Shown in pieces: positions 1 through 10,582 of a DNA stretch of 64,000 bases. The position numbers and the translations under genes are program-made. Under the pieces are notes generated by a model. It was not told the DNA's origin. It saw only the letters and a list, made by a program, of their open reading frames with translations, and searched no databases. The stretch spans positions 12,027 through 76,026 of the forward strand of contig JAFXJH010000136.1 in NCBI GenBank assembly GCA_017532425.1, read 5' to 3'. How positions within the stretch are numbered: the first letter of the stretch is position 1; every line of letters starts with the position of its first letter. This DNA is from Clostridia bacterium (GTDB lineage Bacteria > Bacillota > Clostridia > Oscillospirales > CAG-272).

Positions 1-1
1 T

Positions 2-1648
2 ACAAGAAACGCGCAGAGCGCGGAAATGCCCGACGATTACGATTATTACATAGACGCCGAGGACGGACTCGGAGCGGTACTTACTATTGATCTGACGATT
101 CAGAATATGCTTGAAAAGCAGCTTAAGGATGCCTTCATAAAGGGTGAGGCAAGTGAGCCTGCCGTCGGTCTTGTTATGAACGTAAAAACAGGTGCTGTAC
201 TCGCAATGGGTCAGTACCCGAGCTTTGACCTTAATAACCCGTATAGTCTGGGCGATACCCTGTTTGCAGACAGACTTGCACAGTCAAAGAACGAGCCGGG
301 AACACCTGAATATAACGAGGACCTCTGGACACAGATATACTCGATGTGGAATAATAAATCGGTCAGCTATCTGTATGAGCCGGGATCAACGATGAAGGTA
401 CTTTCGACAGCAGCAGCACTTGAGGAAGGCGTTGTAAAATTCAGCGATACGTTCTCGTGTACGGGAAAGCTGAACGTTGCGAATACCTGGATAAGCTGCC
501 ATAATAAATACGGACACGGAACTAAAAATTTTGCATATATGCTTCAGATGTCATGTAACCCGACGATGATGAACGTTGCGGCAAGACTTGGCGGTGCAAA
601 ATACTATAAATATTTTATTGATTACGGATATACGTCGATCACGGGAATAGATCTGCCGGGTGAATCGAAGGGACTTTTTGTTTCACAGTCGGGCTTTAAT
701 GCGGTCGAGCTTGCCTGCTATAGCTTCGGTCAGACCTTTAAGACCACGCCCCTTCAGCAGCTTACGGCATTCTGTACGGTTGCAAACGGCGGATACGTGG
801 TTGAACCGTACGTTGTAAGCTCGCTTATCGACTCAAACGGTAACGAGGTAATAACACACGAAACGGCGACCAAGAGAAAGATACTCAGCTCGCAGGTCTG
901 CTCACTTCTTCTTGACGTTCTTGAAGACGGTGTATCTGGCAACGGCGGTGCAAAAAACGCTTACGTTGCAGGGTATAAGATAGCGGCGAAGACGGGTACG
1001 TCGGAAAAGCGAGATAAAATAAATCCCGAAACCGGAGAGAAGGATTACCGTATAGGCTCGTGTATGGCAGTGGCACCCTCCAATGACCCTGAAATTGCAG
1101 TTCTTTTAATGGTAGATGAACCTAACTGCTCTAACAGATACGGAAGCTCTGTTGCGGCTCCGTACGTTTCGGCGCTTCTTTCCGAGCTGCTTCCTTATCT
1201 CGGCGTTGAGAGAAACTACAGCGGCGAAGAAATGAAGAGAGCTGTCGTTACGGTAGGAAAATACACGGGATATTCGGTAGATAAGGCTGTTGCCGCTATA
1301 AAGAAGCTCGGTGTTAAATACGAGGTGGTAGGCGACGGCGATACCGTTACCGGTCAGATACCTTCATCGGGAAGTAAAATGACCAATATCAACGGAAAGA
1401 TAATCATTTATACCGGTGGAGCAACCAATACGAAATACGTAACCGTGCCGAAAATGGTCAATATGACAGCGGCTAATGCAATAAAGGAGCTTAATGCACG
1501 CGGGCTCAACGTTCTTATAGAAGGCTCGACAAACTACGACGAGGGTGTCGGAGCGGTCGTAATAGAGCAAAGCCACGATGCGGGTACTATTATACAGTAC
1601 GGTGCGGTAGTTACAATAAACTGTAAGCATCTTGACGGAACAGACTAA
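2..1648 (+). CDS. class B penicillin-binding protein (FtsI/SpoVD-like transpeptidase with two PASTA domains); 5' end lies outside the window
   Basis: The frame is open from nt 2, with no stop before the ATG at 26. Transpeptidase motifs SxxK (GSTMK), SxN (SCN) and KTG(T) are present. Two C-terminal PASTA-like repeats follow. The gene sits directly upstream of murE. Confidence 0.9.
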   Translation, partial: TRNAQSAEMPDDYDYYIDAEDGLGAVLTIDLTIQNMLEKQLKDAFIKGEASEPAVGLVMNVKTGAVLAMGQYPSFDLNNPYSLGDTLFADRLAQSKNEPGTPEYNEDLWTQIYSMWNNKSVSYLYEPGSTMKVLSTAAALEEGVVKFSDTFSCTGKLNVANTWISCHNKYGHGTKNFAYMLQMSCNPTMMNVAARLGGAKYYKYFIDYGYTSITGIDLPGESKGLFVSQSGFNAVELACYSFGQTFKTTPLQQLTAFCTVANGGYVVEPYVVSSLIDSNGNEVITHETATKRKILSSQVCSLLLDVLEDGVSGNGGAKNAYVAGYKIAAKTGTSEKRDKINPETGEKDYRIGSCMAVAPSNDPEIAVLLMVDEPNCSNRYGSSVAAPYVSALLSELLPYLGVERNYSGEEMKRAVVTVGKYTGYSVDKAVAAIKKLGVKYEVVGDGDTVTGQIPSSGSKMTNINGKIIIYTGGATNTKYVTVPKMVNMTAANAIKELNARGLNVLIEGSTNYDEGVGAVVIEQSHDAGTIIQYGAVVTINCKHLDGTD

Positions 1649-1675
1649 AGGTCTGATTTTGGGGAGGTAACTGAT

Positions 1676-3166
1676 TTGTATACAAATATTAAAATAAAGG
1701 ATCTTCTTAGCGGAGTAAACGTTATAGATATGGGCGGCGTTGACGAGCTCGTTGTCAGCGGCGTAACCTCAAATAACGGAAAGGTAGATAAAAATTTTGC
1801 TTTTGTCGCAATCGCGGGAACGAGATTTGACGGTCATACCTTCATAAATGACGTGGCAGAGAAGGGCGCGATCTGCGCGATAGTTGAATACGTACCCGAA
1901 AATTGCCCGATACCGTGTGTTGTTGTTGACGATACGCGCCTCGCATCTGCGTATATCTATTCGAATGCCTTCGGAAATCCCGAAAAGTCAATGAAAATAG
2001 TGGGTGTAACGGGAACAAACGGAAAAACAAGTACGGTGTTTATGCTCGAGAAGATATTCTCGGAGGCAGGCTACCGCACGGGACTTCTCGGTACCGTAAA
2101 GAATATGTGGTGCGGAAAGAGCAGAGAATCATCGCTCACGACCCCCGTGTCCGAGGACCTTTACGAAATGTTTGCCGAGATGCGCGACGAAGGCGTACAG
2201 TACCTCTTTATGGAAGCGTCCTCGCATTCTATAGCACTCGGAAGAATAGCTCCGCTCAGATTTGAAGCGGGAATATATACGAATCTTACTCCGGAGCATC
2301 TTGATTTCCATATTAATATGGATGATTACGCCCAAACGAAGGAAAAGCTCTTCCAAAATTCTAAAATAGGAATCTTCTGTGCGGATAATGAATATACGCA
2401 TAGAGCTTCACAAAAAGGACTTTGCGAGAGCTACACGTTCGGTATTGATAACGAAAGCTCGTTCAGAGCAGAAAATGCTGATTTCTCATCGGTGCGCGGT
2501 ATATCGTATAGTCTTCGTCTTCCCGATAATACCCTTGTTGATATCGAAAGCTCTATGGCAGGAAAATTCAGCGTGTATAATACGGCAGGAGCGGTCGTAT
2601 GCGCTTATCTTCTCGGAATAGATAAAGAGATAATAAAGAAGGCTATAAAAGAATTCGAGGGTGTACCCGGAAGAATCGAGAGACTTACTCCCGAAAATAT
2701 GCCGTTCAGCGTATTTTCCGACTATGCTCACTCTCCCGATGCGCTCGAGAATATACTTAATACCTTGATATGCAGTAAGACCGACGATCAGAAGCTGACC
2801 GTAATATTCGGCTGCGGCGGCGACAGAGACCGTACGAAGCGCCCGATAATGGGTAAGATCGCTACCGATCTTGCCGATCTTGCTATCGTGACGAGCGATA
2901 ATTCGCGCAGCGAAGAGCCGATGGATATCATAAACGAGATCCTTGGCGGAATAGATAAGAAAAAAGAAAATTTCAAGGTCATCTGTTCAAGACGTGATGC
3001 TATAGCGTATGCGGTTGAAAACGCGGTAGACGGCGAGATAATTCTTGTGGCAGGTAAGGGCCATGAAAATTACGAGATCACGAAGGACGGCAAGCATCCC
3101 TTTGACGAAAAGGGCGAGGTTTATAAGGCAATCGTTAAAAGATTCGGAAATAAATATGCACTTTGA
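1676..3166 (+). CDS. murE: UDP-N-acetylmuramoyl-L-alanyl-D-glutamate--2,6-diaminopimelate ligase
   Basis: Mur-ligase P-loop GVTGTNGKTST and the gene's position in the dcw order. TTG start after GGGGAGG. A C-terminal DNSR motif replaces the usual DNPR. Confidence 0.88.
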   Translation: MYTNIKIKDLLSGVNVIDMGGVDELVVSGVTSNNGKVDKNFAFVAIAGTRFDGHTFINDVAEKGAICAIVEYVPENCPIPCVVVDDTRLASAYIYSNAFGNPEKSMKIVGVTGTNGKTSTVFMLEKIFSEAGYRTGLLGTVKNMWCGKSRESSLTTPVSEDLYEMFAEMRDEGVQYLFMEASSHSIALGRIAPLRFEAGIYTNLTPEHLDFHINMDDYAQTKEKLFQNSKIGIFCADNEYTHRASQKGLCESYTFGIDNESSFRAENADFSSVRGISYSLRLPDNTLVDIESSMAGKFSVYNTAGAVVCAYLLGIDKEIIKKAIKEFEGVPGRIERLTPENMPFSVFSDYAHSPDALENILNTLICSKTDDQKLTVIFGCGGDRDRTKRPIMGKIATDLADLAIVTSDNSRSEEPMDIINEILGGIDKKKENFKVICSRRDAIAYAVENAVDGEIILVAGKGHENYEITKDGKHPFDEKGEVYKAIVKRFGNKYAL

Positions 3167-3216
3167 GAAGGTTGCACTTTATAATATAAAAGCACTTGTG
3201 TGAAAGGAAATATCTT

Positions 3217-4599
3217 ATGGTAGCTGATGTTAAAGGAATTCTTTATTTGAGCGAGATAGCCGAAATGGCGCATGGAAGCTTCTACGCAGGCTCGCTTGAT
3301 GAGGACGTTGAAATAAAAACAATAACTACAGATTCAAGAATAAAGGCTTCATATTCTGTTTTTATAGCTCTTGTCGGTGAAAAGTTCGACGGACACGACT
3401 ATGTGGATAAGGCTTTTGAAAACGGCGCGGTCTGTGCTGTTGTAGAGCGCCTTCCGGAAAATAAAGAAGGAACTTATATATTGGTAGACGATACGAAAAA
3501 GGCACTCGGTATGATTGCTAAGGCTTATAAAAACAAGCTTAGCCCGCTGACTGTTGCCGTGACCGGAAGCGTCGGAAAACCCACTACAAAGGAGTTCATA
3601 TACGCTGTTCTCAGCGAAAAATATAAGACCCTTAAAACAGAGGGTAACTTCAATAACGATATCGGACTTCCTATGACTCTGCTCGGACTTTCCCCCGAAA
3701 ATGATGCGGCTGTTCTCGAAATGGGAATGAGCCACTTCGGTGAGATCGAGTATCTATCGAAAATAGCTTCGCCCAATATAGCGGTGATAACTATGATAGG
3801 CCGTTCGCATATCGAAAATCTCGGCTCGCGTGAGGGAATACGCGACGCGAAGCTTGAGATAAGAAAAGGACTTCAGCACGACGGTATTCTAATACTGAAC
3901 GGTGACGAGCCTCTTCTTGAGGATATAAACGGGGCTATATACGTTGCAGAAAAGAATAAATTTGCAGACTATGTAATAGATAACGTGATAGAGGGCGAAA
4001 ACGGATGCGCATTCGACCTTTTGTATAACGGTGAGCGTGTCGAAAGCCTTACGATTCCCGCAGTTGGCAGACATAACGTTATGAACGCCGCGTTTGCATT
4101 TGTAGTAGGTATTGCGGCAGGCGTCGGAGAATTCGAGATACGCCGCGGACTTATGAGCTTCAGAAATACGGGACTTCGTCAGAATATATACGAGTCTCAC
4201 GGAAAAACGATCATAGCAGACTGCTATAATGCTGCTCCTGAATCGGTAAAGGCTTCGCTTAAGGTGCTTTCCGATATCGCCGAAAGAAAGGGCACAAGAA
4301 AGATCGCGGTTCTCGGTGATATGAAGGAGCTTGGTGCTTATTCGGCGCAGGCACACGTTGAGGTCGGCACAGAGGTCGCCGCAAACAAAATAGACGTACT
4401 CTTCACGTTTGGAATGCTTGCAGCAGATATTGCGGCGGCAGCTTCCAAATACGGCGTAAAGAATATATTTGTCTTTGAAGAAGGCGAATATCGTGAAATA
4501 GCAGAGGCTATTAAGGAAAATACTGCCGACGGAGATGTTATTCTCTTCAAGGGAAGCAGAGTAATGGCTCTTGAAAAGGTAATAGAACTTCTTGACTGA
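3217..4599 (+). CDS. murF: UDP-N-acetylmuramoyl-tripeptide--D-alanyl-D-alanine ligase
   Basis: Mur-ligase fold (VTGSVGKPTTKE) and the gene order murE-murF-mraY. The ATG at 3217 is preferred over the TTG at 3196 because AAAGGA lies 7 nt upstream. Confidence 0.88.
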   Translation: MVADVKGILYLSEIAEMAHGSFYAGSLDEDVEIKTITTDSRIKASYSVFIALVGEKFDGHDYVDKAFENGAVCAVVERLPENKEGTYILVDDTKKALGMIAKAYKNKLSPLTVAVTGSVGKPTTKEFIYAVLSEKYKTLKTEGNFNNDIGLPMTLLGLSPENDAAVLEMGMSHFGEIEYLSKIASPNIAVITMIGRSHIENLGSREGIRDAKLEIRKGLQHDGILILNGDEPLLEDINGAIYVAEKNKFADYVIDNVIEGENGCAFDLLYNGERVESLTIPAVGRHNVMNAAFAFVVGIAAGVGEFEIRRGLMSFRNTGLRQNIYESHGKTIIADCYNAAPESVKASLKVLSDIAERKGTRKIAVLGDMKELGAYSAQAHVEVGTEVAANKIDVLFTFGMLAADIAAAASKYGVKNIFVFEEGEYREIAEAIKENTADGDVILFKGSRVMALEKVIELLD

Positions 4600-4698
4600 C
4601 ATTTAAGGATAATAAAATTGCCGCTGACACATCTGCAATCAATAACTGATATTTGCGGCACCTGTTGCTGAAAAGAGCAATGGGAGGAGGAAAAAGAA

Positions 4699-5697
4699 AT
4701 GCTTATTTATTTTTTGTTTACTGTTGTTATTACGTTCGCGCTCACTGCACTTTTCTCGAGAATACTTATTCCGAAGCTGAAAAGCCTTAAGGTAGGACAG
4801 AAGATACTTGATATCGGTCCGAGGTGGCATAAGAATAAAGAGGGAACACCGACGATGGGTGGTATTGCCTTCATAGCTGCAAATATTATAGTGTTTGCAC
4901 TTGTTATCGCCGTAGCTCTCATCAGAGGAGATCTTGAAAACTGGGTCAAGATCGTTATCTGCTTCGCATTTGCTCTTGTAAACGGTATCATAGGAATAAT
5001 AGACGATAGAGCAAAGATATTCAAAAAGCAGAATCAGGGACTGACAGCACCGCAGAAATATCTCCTTCAGCTTGTAAGCGCAGGACTTTTCCTCTTCTTT
5101 ATGACGATAAGCGGATCGCTTACAACCGAGCTTTATATTCCGCTTATAAACGTAAGATGGGATCTCGGATGGTTTTACTACGTCTTTTCACTTATTCTTA
5201 TAACGGGAATAGTAAACAGTGTAAACCTTACGGACGGAATCGACGGTCTTGCATCAAGCGTGACCTTTGTTGCAGGCGGATTTTTCGCAGTAGCGGCATT
5301 CGCTACCGAAATATTTGAGCTTTCGATAGTGTCGGGTCTCGTTATCGGTGCAGTTCTTGGATTTTTGGTATACAACTTCTATCCGGCAAAGATATTTATG
5401 GGTGATACAGGATCGCTCTATCTCGGCGGAATGGTAGTCGCTATGGCTTACCTGCTCGATAATCCGGTAATACTTTTCCCGGTAGGTATCATATACATAA
5501 TGGAGAGCTTCTCAGTAATTCTTCAGGTAGGATATTTCAAGCTTACGCACGGAAAGCGTCTTTTCAAGATGTCTCCGATACATCACCACTTTGAAAAGTG
5601 CGGTTGGAGTGAGATAAAGGTAGTTTTCGTTTTCTCGTTAATTACTCTTGTTTTCTGCGTTCTCGCTTGGTTCTGCCTTGAAATACCTAAAGTATAA
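4699..5697 (+). CDS. mraY: phospho-N-acetylmuramoyl-pentapeptide transferase
   Basis: Polytopic membrane protein with MraY signatures (NLTDGIDGL, MGDTGSL, HHHFE). Strong RBS GGGAGGAGG. Confidence 0.93.
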   Translation: MLIYFLFTVVITFALTALFSRILIPKLKSLKVGQKILDIGPRWHKNKEGTPTMGGIAFIAANIIVFALVIAVALIRGDLENWVKIVICFAFALVNGIIGIIDDRAKIFKKQNQGLTAPQKYLLQLVSAGLFLFFMTISGSLTTELYIPLINVRWDLGWFYYVFSLILITGIVNSVNLTDGIDGLASSVTFVAGGFFAVAAFATEIFELSIVSGLVIGAVLGFLVYNFYPAKIFMGDTGSLYLGGMVVAMAYLLDNPVILFPVGIIYIMESFSVILQVGYFKLTHGKRLFKMSPIHHHFEKCGWSEIKVVFVFSLITLVFCVLAWFCLEIPKV

Positions 5698-5744
5698 GCT
5701 TATATAAACATATTTTGACAAATCTTTGAGGGGAGGATAAACCG

Positions 5745-7076
5745 TTGAAAAGGTTAAAGCTTTTTTCGAAAAATAAAAAGAAGAAAACCGAAATACTTCC
5801 GGTAGCAAACAGCGGAGAAACTTCTGTTGCTGCTATAACGGATGATAATAAAAAGCCAAAGTCTGCGGCAGGTACTCCCGTAAACTCGAAAATATATACA
5901 TATGAGCACGGCTTTGACCGACCGATGCTTATAATAATACTGCTTTTATCTCTTTTCGGCCTTATAATGGTATATTCGTCGAGCTACGTTTACGCTCTTA
6001 CATATCACGGTAACAGCGCGTATTTTCTGCTCAGACAGGCGAGAGTCTTGATCCTCGGCATACTTCTTATGCTGGTTATGACAAGATTCGGATATAAGAT
6101 AATAAAAAGGTTTACGGTTCTTGCCTATTTGGCGGCTGTCCTTATGCTTATCGCCGTGCTTTTCTTCGGTACGTCCGAGGGTGAGGCACAGAGATGGATC
6201 TTTATAGGTCCGATCTCTTTTCAGCCGTCAGAGTTTATGAAAATAGCTATGATACTTATCATCGCTATGATATCAAGTAAGCATAAGCATATAATCCATG
6301 CAAAAAAGAAGTTTTGGAAATCTACCTTGCTCGGATTTATTCTGCCGGCTTTCATAATCGGCGTGTCCTGTCTTCTCGTACTACTTGAAAAGCACCTTTC
6401 GGGAACGATAATACTCTTTCTTATAGGCTTCGTTTTGCTTTGGTGTAACGGTTCTCCTAAATTCTGGACCATAAGCCTTACAGCGATAGGCGTAGGGGTG
6501 ATAGCTTTTGTAATATTTGCGGTAAACCAGCATCCTGAAGAGGTCAAAGAGCTTGTTCCGGACTATATGTTCGTGCGAGTTGACTCTTGGCTGCATCCCG
6601 AAAATTATGACGAGCTTGGTGACCTTTGGCAGACTATACAGGGTCAGATAGCGGTAGGCTCGGGCGGATTCTTCGGCAGAGGCTTTGGTAAAAGCCTGCA
6701 GAAGCATCTTTTCGTATCGATGCCACAGAATGACTTTATTTTTGCCATAGTTTGTGAAGAGACCGGATTTATAGGTGCGGCGGCTGTTATTGCACTTTAT
6801 ATCGCTTTCGTGGTAAGAGGTCTGTATATTGCTAAAAATGCGCCCGACGTTTTCTGCTCGCTTACAGCAATAGGAATATCGGCACACGTTGGACTTCAGG
6901 CATTTCTTAATATGGCGGTCGTTATCGGTGTTATACCTAACACAGGAATTTCGCTCCCGTTTTTCAGTGCGGGCGGATCTTCGCTTATCTTTCTTTTCTT
7001 TGAAATGGGAATACTTCTTATAATATCGAAATATACGCCCGTTGAAGAATCAAAGCTTAAAAATAACATAAAATAA
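5745..7076 (+). CDS. ftsW: SEDS-family peptidoglycan glycosyltransferase FtsW/SpoVE
   Basis: Multi-TM SEDS pattern (QPSEFMKI, LPFFSAGGSS). Lies between mraY and murG. TTG start after GGGGAGG. About 55 aa of basic N-terminal extension. Confidence 0.88.
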   Translation: MKRLKLFSKNKKKKTEILPVANSGETSVAAITDDNKKPKSAAGTPVNSKIYTYEHGFDRPMLIIILLLSLFGLIMVYSSSYVYALTYHGNSAYFLLRQARVLILGILLMLVMTRFGYKIIKRFTVLAYLAAVLMLIAVLFFGTSEGEAQRWIFIGPISFQPSEFMKIAMILIIAMISSKHKHIIHAKKKFWKSTLLGFILPAFIIGVSCLLVLLEKHLSGTIILFLIGFVLLWCNGSPKFWTISLTAIGVGVIAFVIFAVNQHPEEVKELVPDYMFVRVDSWLHPENYDELGDLWQTIQGQIAVGSGGFFGRGFGKSLQKHLFVSMPQNDFIFAIVCEETGFIGAAAVIALYIAFVVRGLYIAKNAPDVFCSLTAIGISAHVGLQAFLNMAVVIGVIPNTGISLPFFSAGGSSLIFLFFEMGILLIISKYTPVEESKLKNNIK

Positions 7077-7109
7077 AATATGAAATATTCGGAAAGGCAG
7101 TAGAACTAA

Positions 7110-8228
7110 ATGAAAGTTGTAATGACAGGCGGAGGCACAGCCGGACACGTTAATCCTGCACTCAGTATAGCGGGCATAATAAAGAAATATGAACCCGATA
7201 GTGAAATAGAGTTTATAGGCACAGAAAAGGGTCTTGAAAACAGACTCGTTCCGAGAAGCGGATATAAAATGCATAAAATAGAGGTAATGGGACTTGCAAG
7301 AAGCCTTTCTCCTAAAAATATAAAGGCGGCAATACTCGCATATACCTCGTATCAGAAGTGCAAAAAGATACTTGCAGAGGTAAATCCCGACGTAGTTATC
7401 GGAACGGGCGGATACGTAAGCTGGCCGGTCGTAAGAGCGGCGGCAAGTATGGGTATTCCGTGTGCACTTCACGAAGCAAACGCAGTTCCGGGGTTTGCGG
7501 TAAAAATGCTCAGAAATAAAGCTAACGTCGTCTTTGTCAACTTTGAAGAAACGGGCGAGATACTTGACTCAAAAAAAGCAGAGGTAATACATACCGGAAT
7601 GCCGATAAACAGTCTTTTCCGTACGATAGACAGGGATGAGGCACGTAAAAAGCTCGGAATTGAAGGCAATTATAAGTACGCTATACTTTCATTCGGCGGA
7701 AGCCTCGGCGCACAGCGTCTCAATGAGGCAATAGTCGGATTTATGGACTCTTACGTTTCAAAGCATCCCGAAATATGCCATATACATTCGGCGGGCTCAA
7801 GAGGATATGAGGAAACGATGAAAGCCTTTACCGTGCGCGGACTCGATAAGTGTCCGAACTGTAAGGTGGTTGAGTATATTTACGATATGCCGTATCAGAT
7901 GCTTGCATCAGACGTTGTAATATGCAGAAGCGGAGCTTCTACGCTCGCAGAGCTTGCGGCTATCGGAAAGCCTTCGGTGCTCGTTCCGTCTCCTAACGTA
8001 ACAAATAATCAGCAGTATAAAAATGCGAAGCTTCTTGTGGATAAGAATGCCGCTCTTATGGTTACGGACGATGAAATGACCCCCGATATTCTTGAAGAGA
8101 ATATCTCGAAGCTTTTCTCGGATAGCGACGCACTTCAGAAAATGAGTGCTAATGTAAGAAAATTTGCCGTAGATGACGGAGATGAAATTATTTATAAAAA
8201 AATAAAGGAACTTTCCGGAAGACAGTAA
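7110..8228 (+). CDS. murG: UDP-N-acetylglucosamine--N-acetylmuramyl-(pentapeptide) pyrophosphoryl-undecaprenol GlcNAc transferase
   Basis: N-terminal GGGTAGHVNPAL motif typical of MurG; dcw position. Confidence 0.92.
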   Translation: MKVVMTGGGTAGHVNPALSIAGIIKKYEPDSEIEFIGTEKGLENRLVPRSGYKMHKIEVMGLARSLSPKNIKAAILAYTSYQKCKKILAEVNPDVVIGTGGYVSWPVVRAAASMGIPCALHEANAVPGFAVKMLRNKANVVFVNFEETGEILDSKKAEVIHTGMPINSLFRTIDRDEARKKLGIEGNYKYAILSFGGSLGAQRLNEAIVGFMDSYVSKHPEICHIHSAGSRGYEETMKAFTVRGLDKCPNCKVVEYIYDMPYQMLASDVVICRSGASTLAELAAIGKPSVLVPSPNVTNNQQYKNAKLLVDKNAALMVTDDEMTPDILEENISKLFSDSDALQKMSANVRKFAVDDGDEIIYKKIKELSGRQ

Positions 8229-8255
8229 TACTACGCTCCGAAAGGAAAAAAGTAT

Positions 8256-9086
8256 ATGAATCAAAACAGCGATATAAACGGAAAAAATCTTCCGACGCCT
8301 GAGGAACAAGCCAAGATATACAGCGCTAAAAGCAAAAGAGCACAGATACGTCTTATAAACAGAATTGCATATTTCGTTATAGTTGCCTTGGTGCTTGCGG
8401 GAGTCTTTTATGCCGCTATAAAAATTTTCTTTTCCGTTGACAGTATAATCGTAAACGGAAGCTCGGTCTATTCGTACAGCGAGGTCGTTGATGCTTGCGG
8501 ATATTCAAAGGGCGATATACTTTTTGCGGTGAGCGGAAAGGATATCAGAAAAAATATAATAAATAAGCTACCGTTCGTTTACTCTGTTGAAGTTGAAAAG
8601 GAATATCCGAATACACTTATAATTAATGTGAGTGATGAAAAAGAAAGCTTTTATTTTGAGTACGACAACAGATTCTTCGTACTGACGTCGGGACTTAAGG
8701 TGCTTGCCGTGTTTGAAGATGAAAACAGACTCCTTGATACGTACGGTGATATCGTTTACGTCAAGATCGACGACGTGAAGCAGGTAATAACAACCAAAGA
8801 GGTAGTTTTCTTTGACAGCGAATCACACAGAAGAAGCTCAAAGGTGCTTTTAGCAATACTTCAGAGTGAGATATACTCTCACCTTGACTATGCGGATATA
8901 TGTGATCTTTACGACGTAAGATTTATGTATGACGGCAGGATAGAGATAGTTTTCGGAAGTCATATTGATATTGATAAGAAAATATCGCACGCTCTTTCGG
9001 TCATTTCAAGGTATAGCGAAAACGCCACGGGTAAGCTGTATATATACGATGTGGATGAAGCCTACGCAATGATCGAAGAAAACTGA
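8256..9086 (+). CDS. ftsQ: cell division protein FtsQ/DivIB (POTRA domain)
   Basis: Single N-terminal TM helix followed by a POTRA-like segment (IIVNGSSVYSYSEVVDACG). Lies between murG and ftsZ. Confidence 0.75.
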   Translation: MNQNSDINGKNLPTPEEQAKIYSAKSKRAQIRLINRIAYFVIVALVLAGVFYAAIKIFFSVDSIIVNGSSVYSYSEVVDACGYSKGDILFAVSGKDIRKNIINKLPFVYSVEVEKEYPNTLIINVSDEKESFYFEYDNRFFVLTSGLKVLAVFEDENRLLDTYGDIVYVKIDDVKQVITTKEVVFFDSESHRRSSKVLLAILQSEIYSHLDYADICDLYDVRFMYDGRIEIVFGSHIDIDKKISHALSVISRYSENATGKLYIYDVDEAYAMIEEN

Positions 9087-9144
9087 GTTTATTCAAAAAG
9101 TAAACAAAAAATGTAAAAAAACTGTTAATAATCTGTCGAAGGCA

Positions 9145-9173
9145 TTGAAAAATTGCGTAAATAATCTTATTAT
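9145..9173 (+). promoter_or_regulatory. sigma-A-type promoter candidate upstream of ftsZ
   Basis: TTGAAA, 17 nt, TATTAT. Confidence 0.4.
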
Positions 9174-9277
9174 TATACAAGAGATATTATATTTACCGAT
9201 TCTATCGCGTTTCGGTATAGACCAGTTAATGTTTTAAAAATAAGTTTAGAATAAAAAAGTTCGGGAGGAACATAGGA

Positions 9278-10372
9278 ATGACAAATGCAACAATTGAAAA
9301 CGTTATGACTAACGAAGAAGAGCAGGAAATTGATTTTTCCATCAAAATTAAGGTTATCGGCGTCGGCGGCGGCGGAAACAACGCTGTAAACAGAATGATC
9401 GAAGGCGGCGTTAAGAACGTTGAATTTATCGCAATCAACTCTGATAAGGTTGCACTTCAGAGATCGAAGGCTCCTGTTAAGGTAGCTATCGGTGAAAAGC
9501 TTACCAAGGGACAGGGCGCAGGCGGAAATCCTGAGGTTGGATGCAGAGCAGCAGAAGAAAACTCCGAAGATATCGCAGCATGCCTCAAGGGCGCTGATAT
9601 GGTATTTATTACAGCAGGTATGGGCGGCGGAACCGGTACAGGTGCAGCTCCCGTTATCGCAAGACTCGCTCGTGAAATGGGTATACTTACAGTAGCTGTA
9701 GTTACAAAGCCCTTCGCTTTCGAGCAGAAGAGAAGAATGACACACGCTGAAGCTGGTATTCTTAAGCTCAGCGAAAACGTTGACTCTCTCCTCGTTATTC
9801 CTAATGAAAGACTTAAGCAGCTTTCTCAGAATAAGATAACGTTCCTCAACGCATTCGCAGAGGCAGATAACGTTCTCAGACATGGTGTACAGAGTATCTC
9901 CGACCTTATCACAGAGTTCGGTGTTATTAACCTTGACTTTGCTGACGTAACAACAGTTATGAAGGATGCAGGATTCGCTCATATGGGCGTTGGTGCTTCC
10001 AGCGGTAAGGATAAGGCAGAGGAAGCAGCAAAGCTTGCTATCTCCAGCCCTCTTCTCGAAACCTCTATTTCGGGCGCACACGGTATTCTTGTCAATATCA
10101 CAGCATCGCCTGATATCGGTCTCGATGAAATGGATATCGCTACAAATATGATCACTCAGGAAGCTCATCCCGATGCAACCATTATCTGGGGTGCTACGAT
10201 CGACGAAACTCTCAACGATGAAATGCGTATCACAGTTATCGCTGCAGGCTTCAATAAGGATAATAAGCCCGCTGATGATGCTGAAGAAGCAGCTTCCGCT
10301 CCCGAAGCTAAGAACGACGGCGGCGAAGAAGATTTCGGCGTTCTCGTTGATCTCTTCACAAAGAAGAAGTAA
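9278..10372 (+). CDS. ftsZ: cell division GTPase FtsZ
   Basis: Tubulin signature [13 protein letters not shown] and [11 protein letters not shown]; acidic, disordered C-terminal tail. Confidence 0.97.
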   Translation: MTNATIENVMTNEEEQEIDFSIKIKVIGVGGGGNNAVNRMIEGGVKNVEFIAINSDKVALQRSKAPVKVAIGEKLTKGQGAGGNPEVGCRAAEENSEDIAACLKGADMVFITAGMGGGTGTGAAPVIARLAREMGILTVAVVTKPFAFEQKRRMTHAEAGILKLSENVDSLLVIPNERLKQLSQNKITFLNAFAEADNVLRHGVQSISDLITEFGVINLDFADVTTVMKDAGFAHMGVGASSGKDKAEEAAKLAISSPLLETSISGAHGILVNITASPDIGLDEMDIATNMITQEAHPDATIIWGATIDETLNDEMRITVIAAGFNKDNKPADDAEEAASAPEAKNDGGEEDFGVLVDLFTKKK

Positions 10373-10387
10373 TTCAGAATACATAAT

Positions 10388-10426
10388 AAAGAGCAGACGT
10401 TTGATAACGCCTGCTCTTTGTTTCTG
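10388..10426 (+). terminator. intrinsic terminator after ftsZ
   Basis: AAAGAGCAG...CTGCTCTTT stem followed by a T-rich tract. Confidence 0.7.
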
Positions 10427-10463
10427 AATTGTTAATAAAAGATTAAAAAACATCGAGTATCTA

Positions 10464-10492
10464 TTGCAAAAAAATATTAAATCTGCTATAAT
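10464..10492 (+). promoter_or_regulatory. sigma-A-type promoter candidate upstream of the CarD-like gene
   Basis: TTGCAA, 17 nt, TATAAT. Confidence 0.5.
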
Positions 10493-10517
10493 ATATGTAA
10501 GCAGCGTGTAGCTTAAC

Positions 10518-10559
10518 AGCGTAAGTCCGGTTGTTAAGTTATACGCTTTTTATTTTTTA
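10518..10559 (+). terminator. terminator-like hairpin plus T-run inside the leader of the CarD-like gene
   Basis: AGCGTA...TACGCT stem followed by TTTTTATTTTTT. A competing stem CTTAACA/TGTTAAG overlaps it. Confidence 0.35.
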
Positions 10560-10582
10560 TATATGAAGGCAGGAAATATATT

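Noticed and set aside
9173-10453. 426-aa ORF on the minus strand covering the whole ftsZ region
   Set aside because: It is antisense to an unmistakable ftsZ. The translation is Cys-rich and low-complexity, with no RBS or recognisable motif. This is a typical stop-poor shadow frame.
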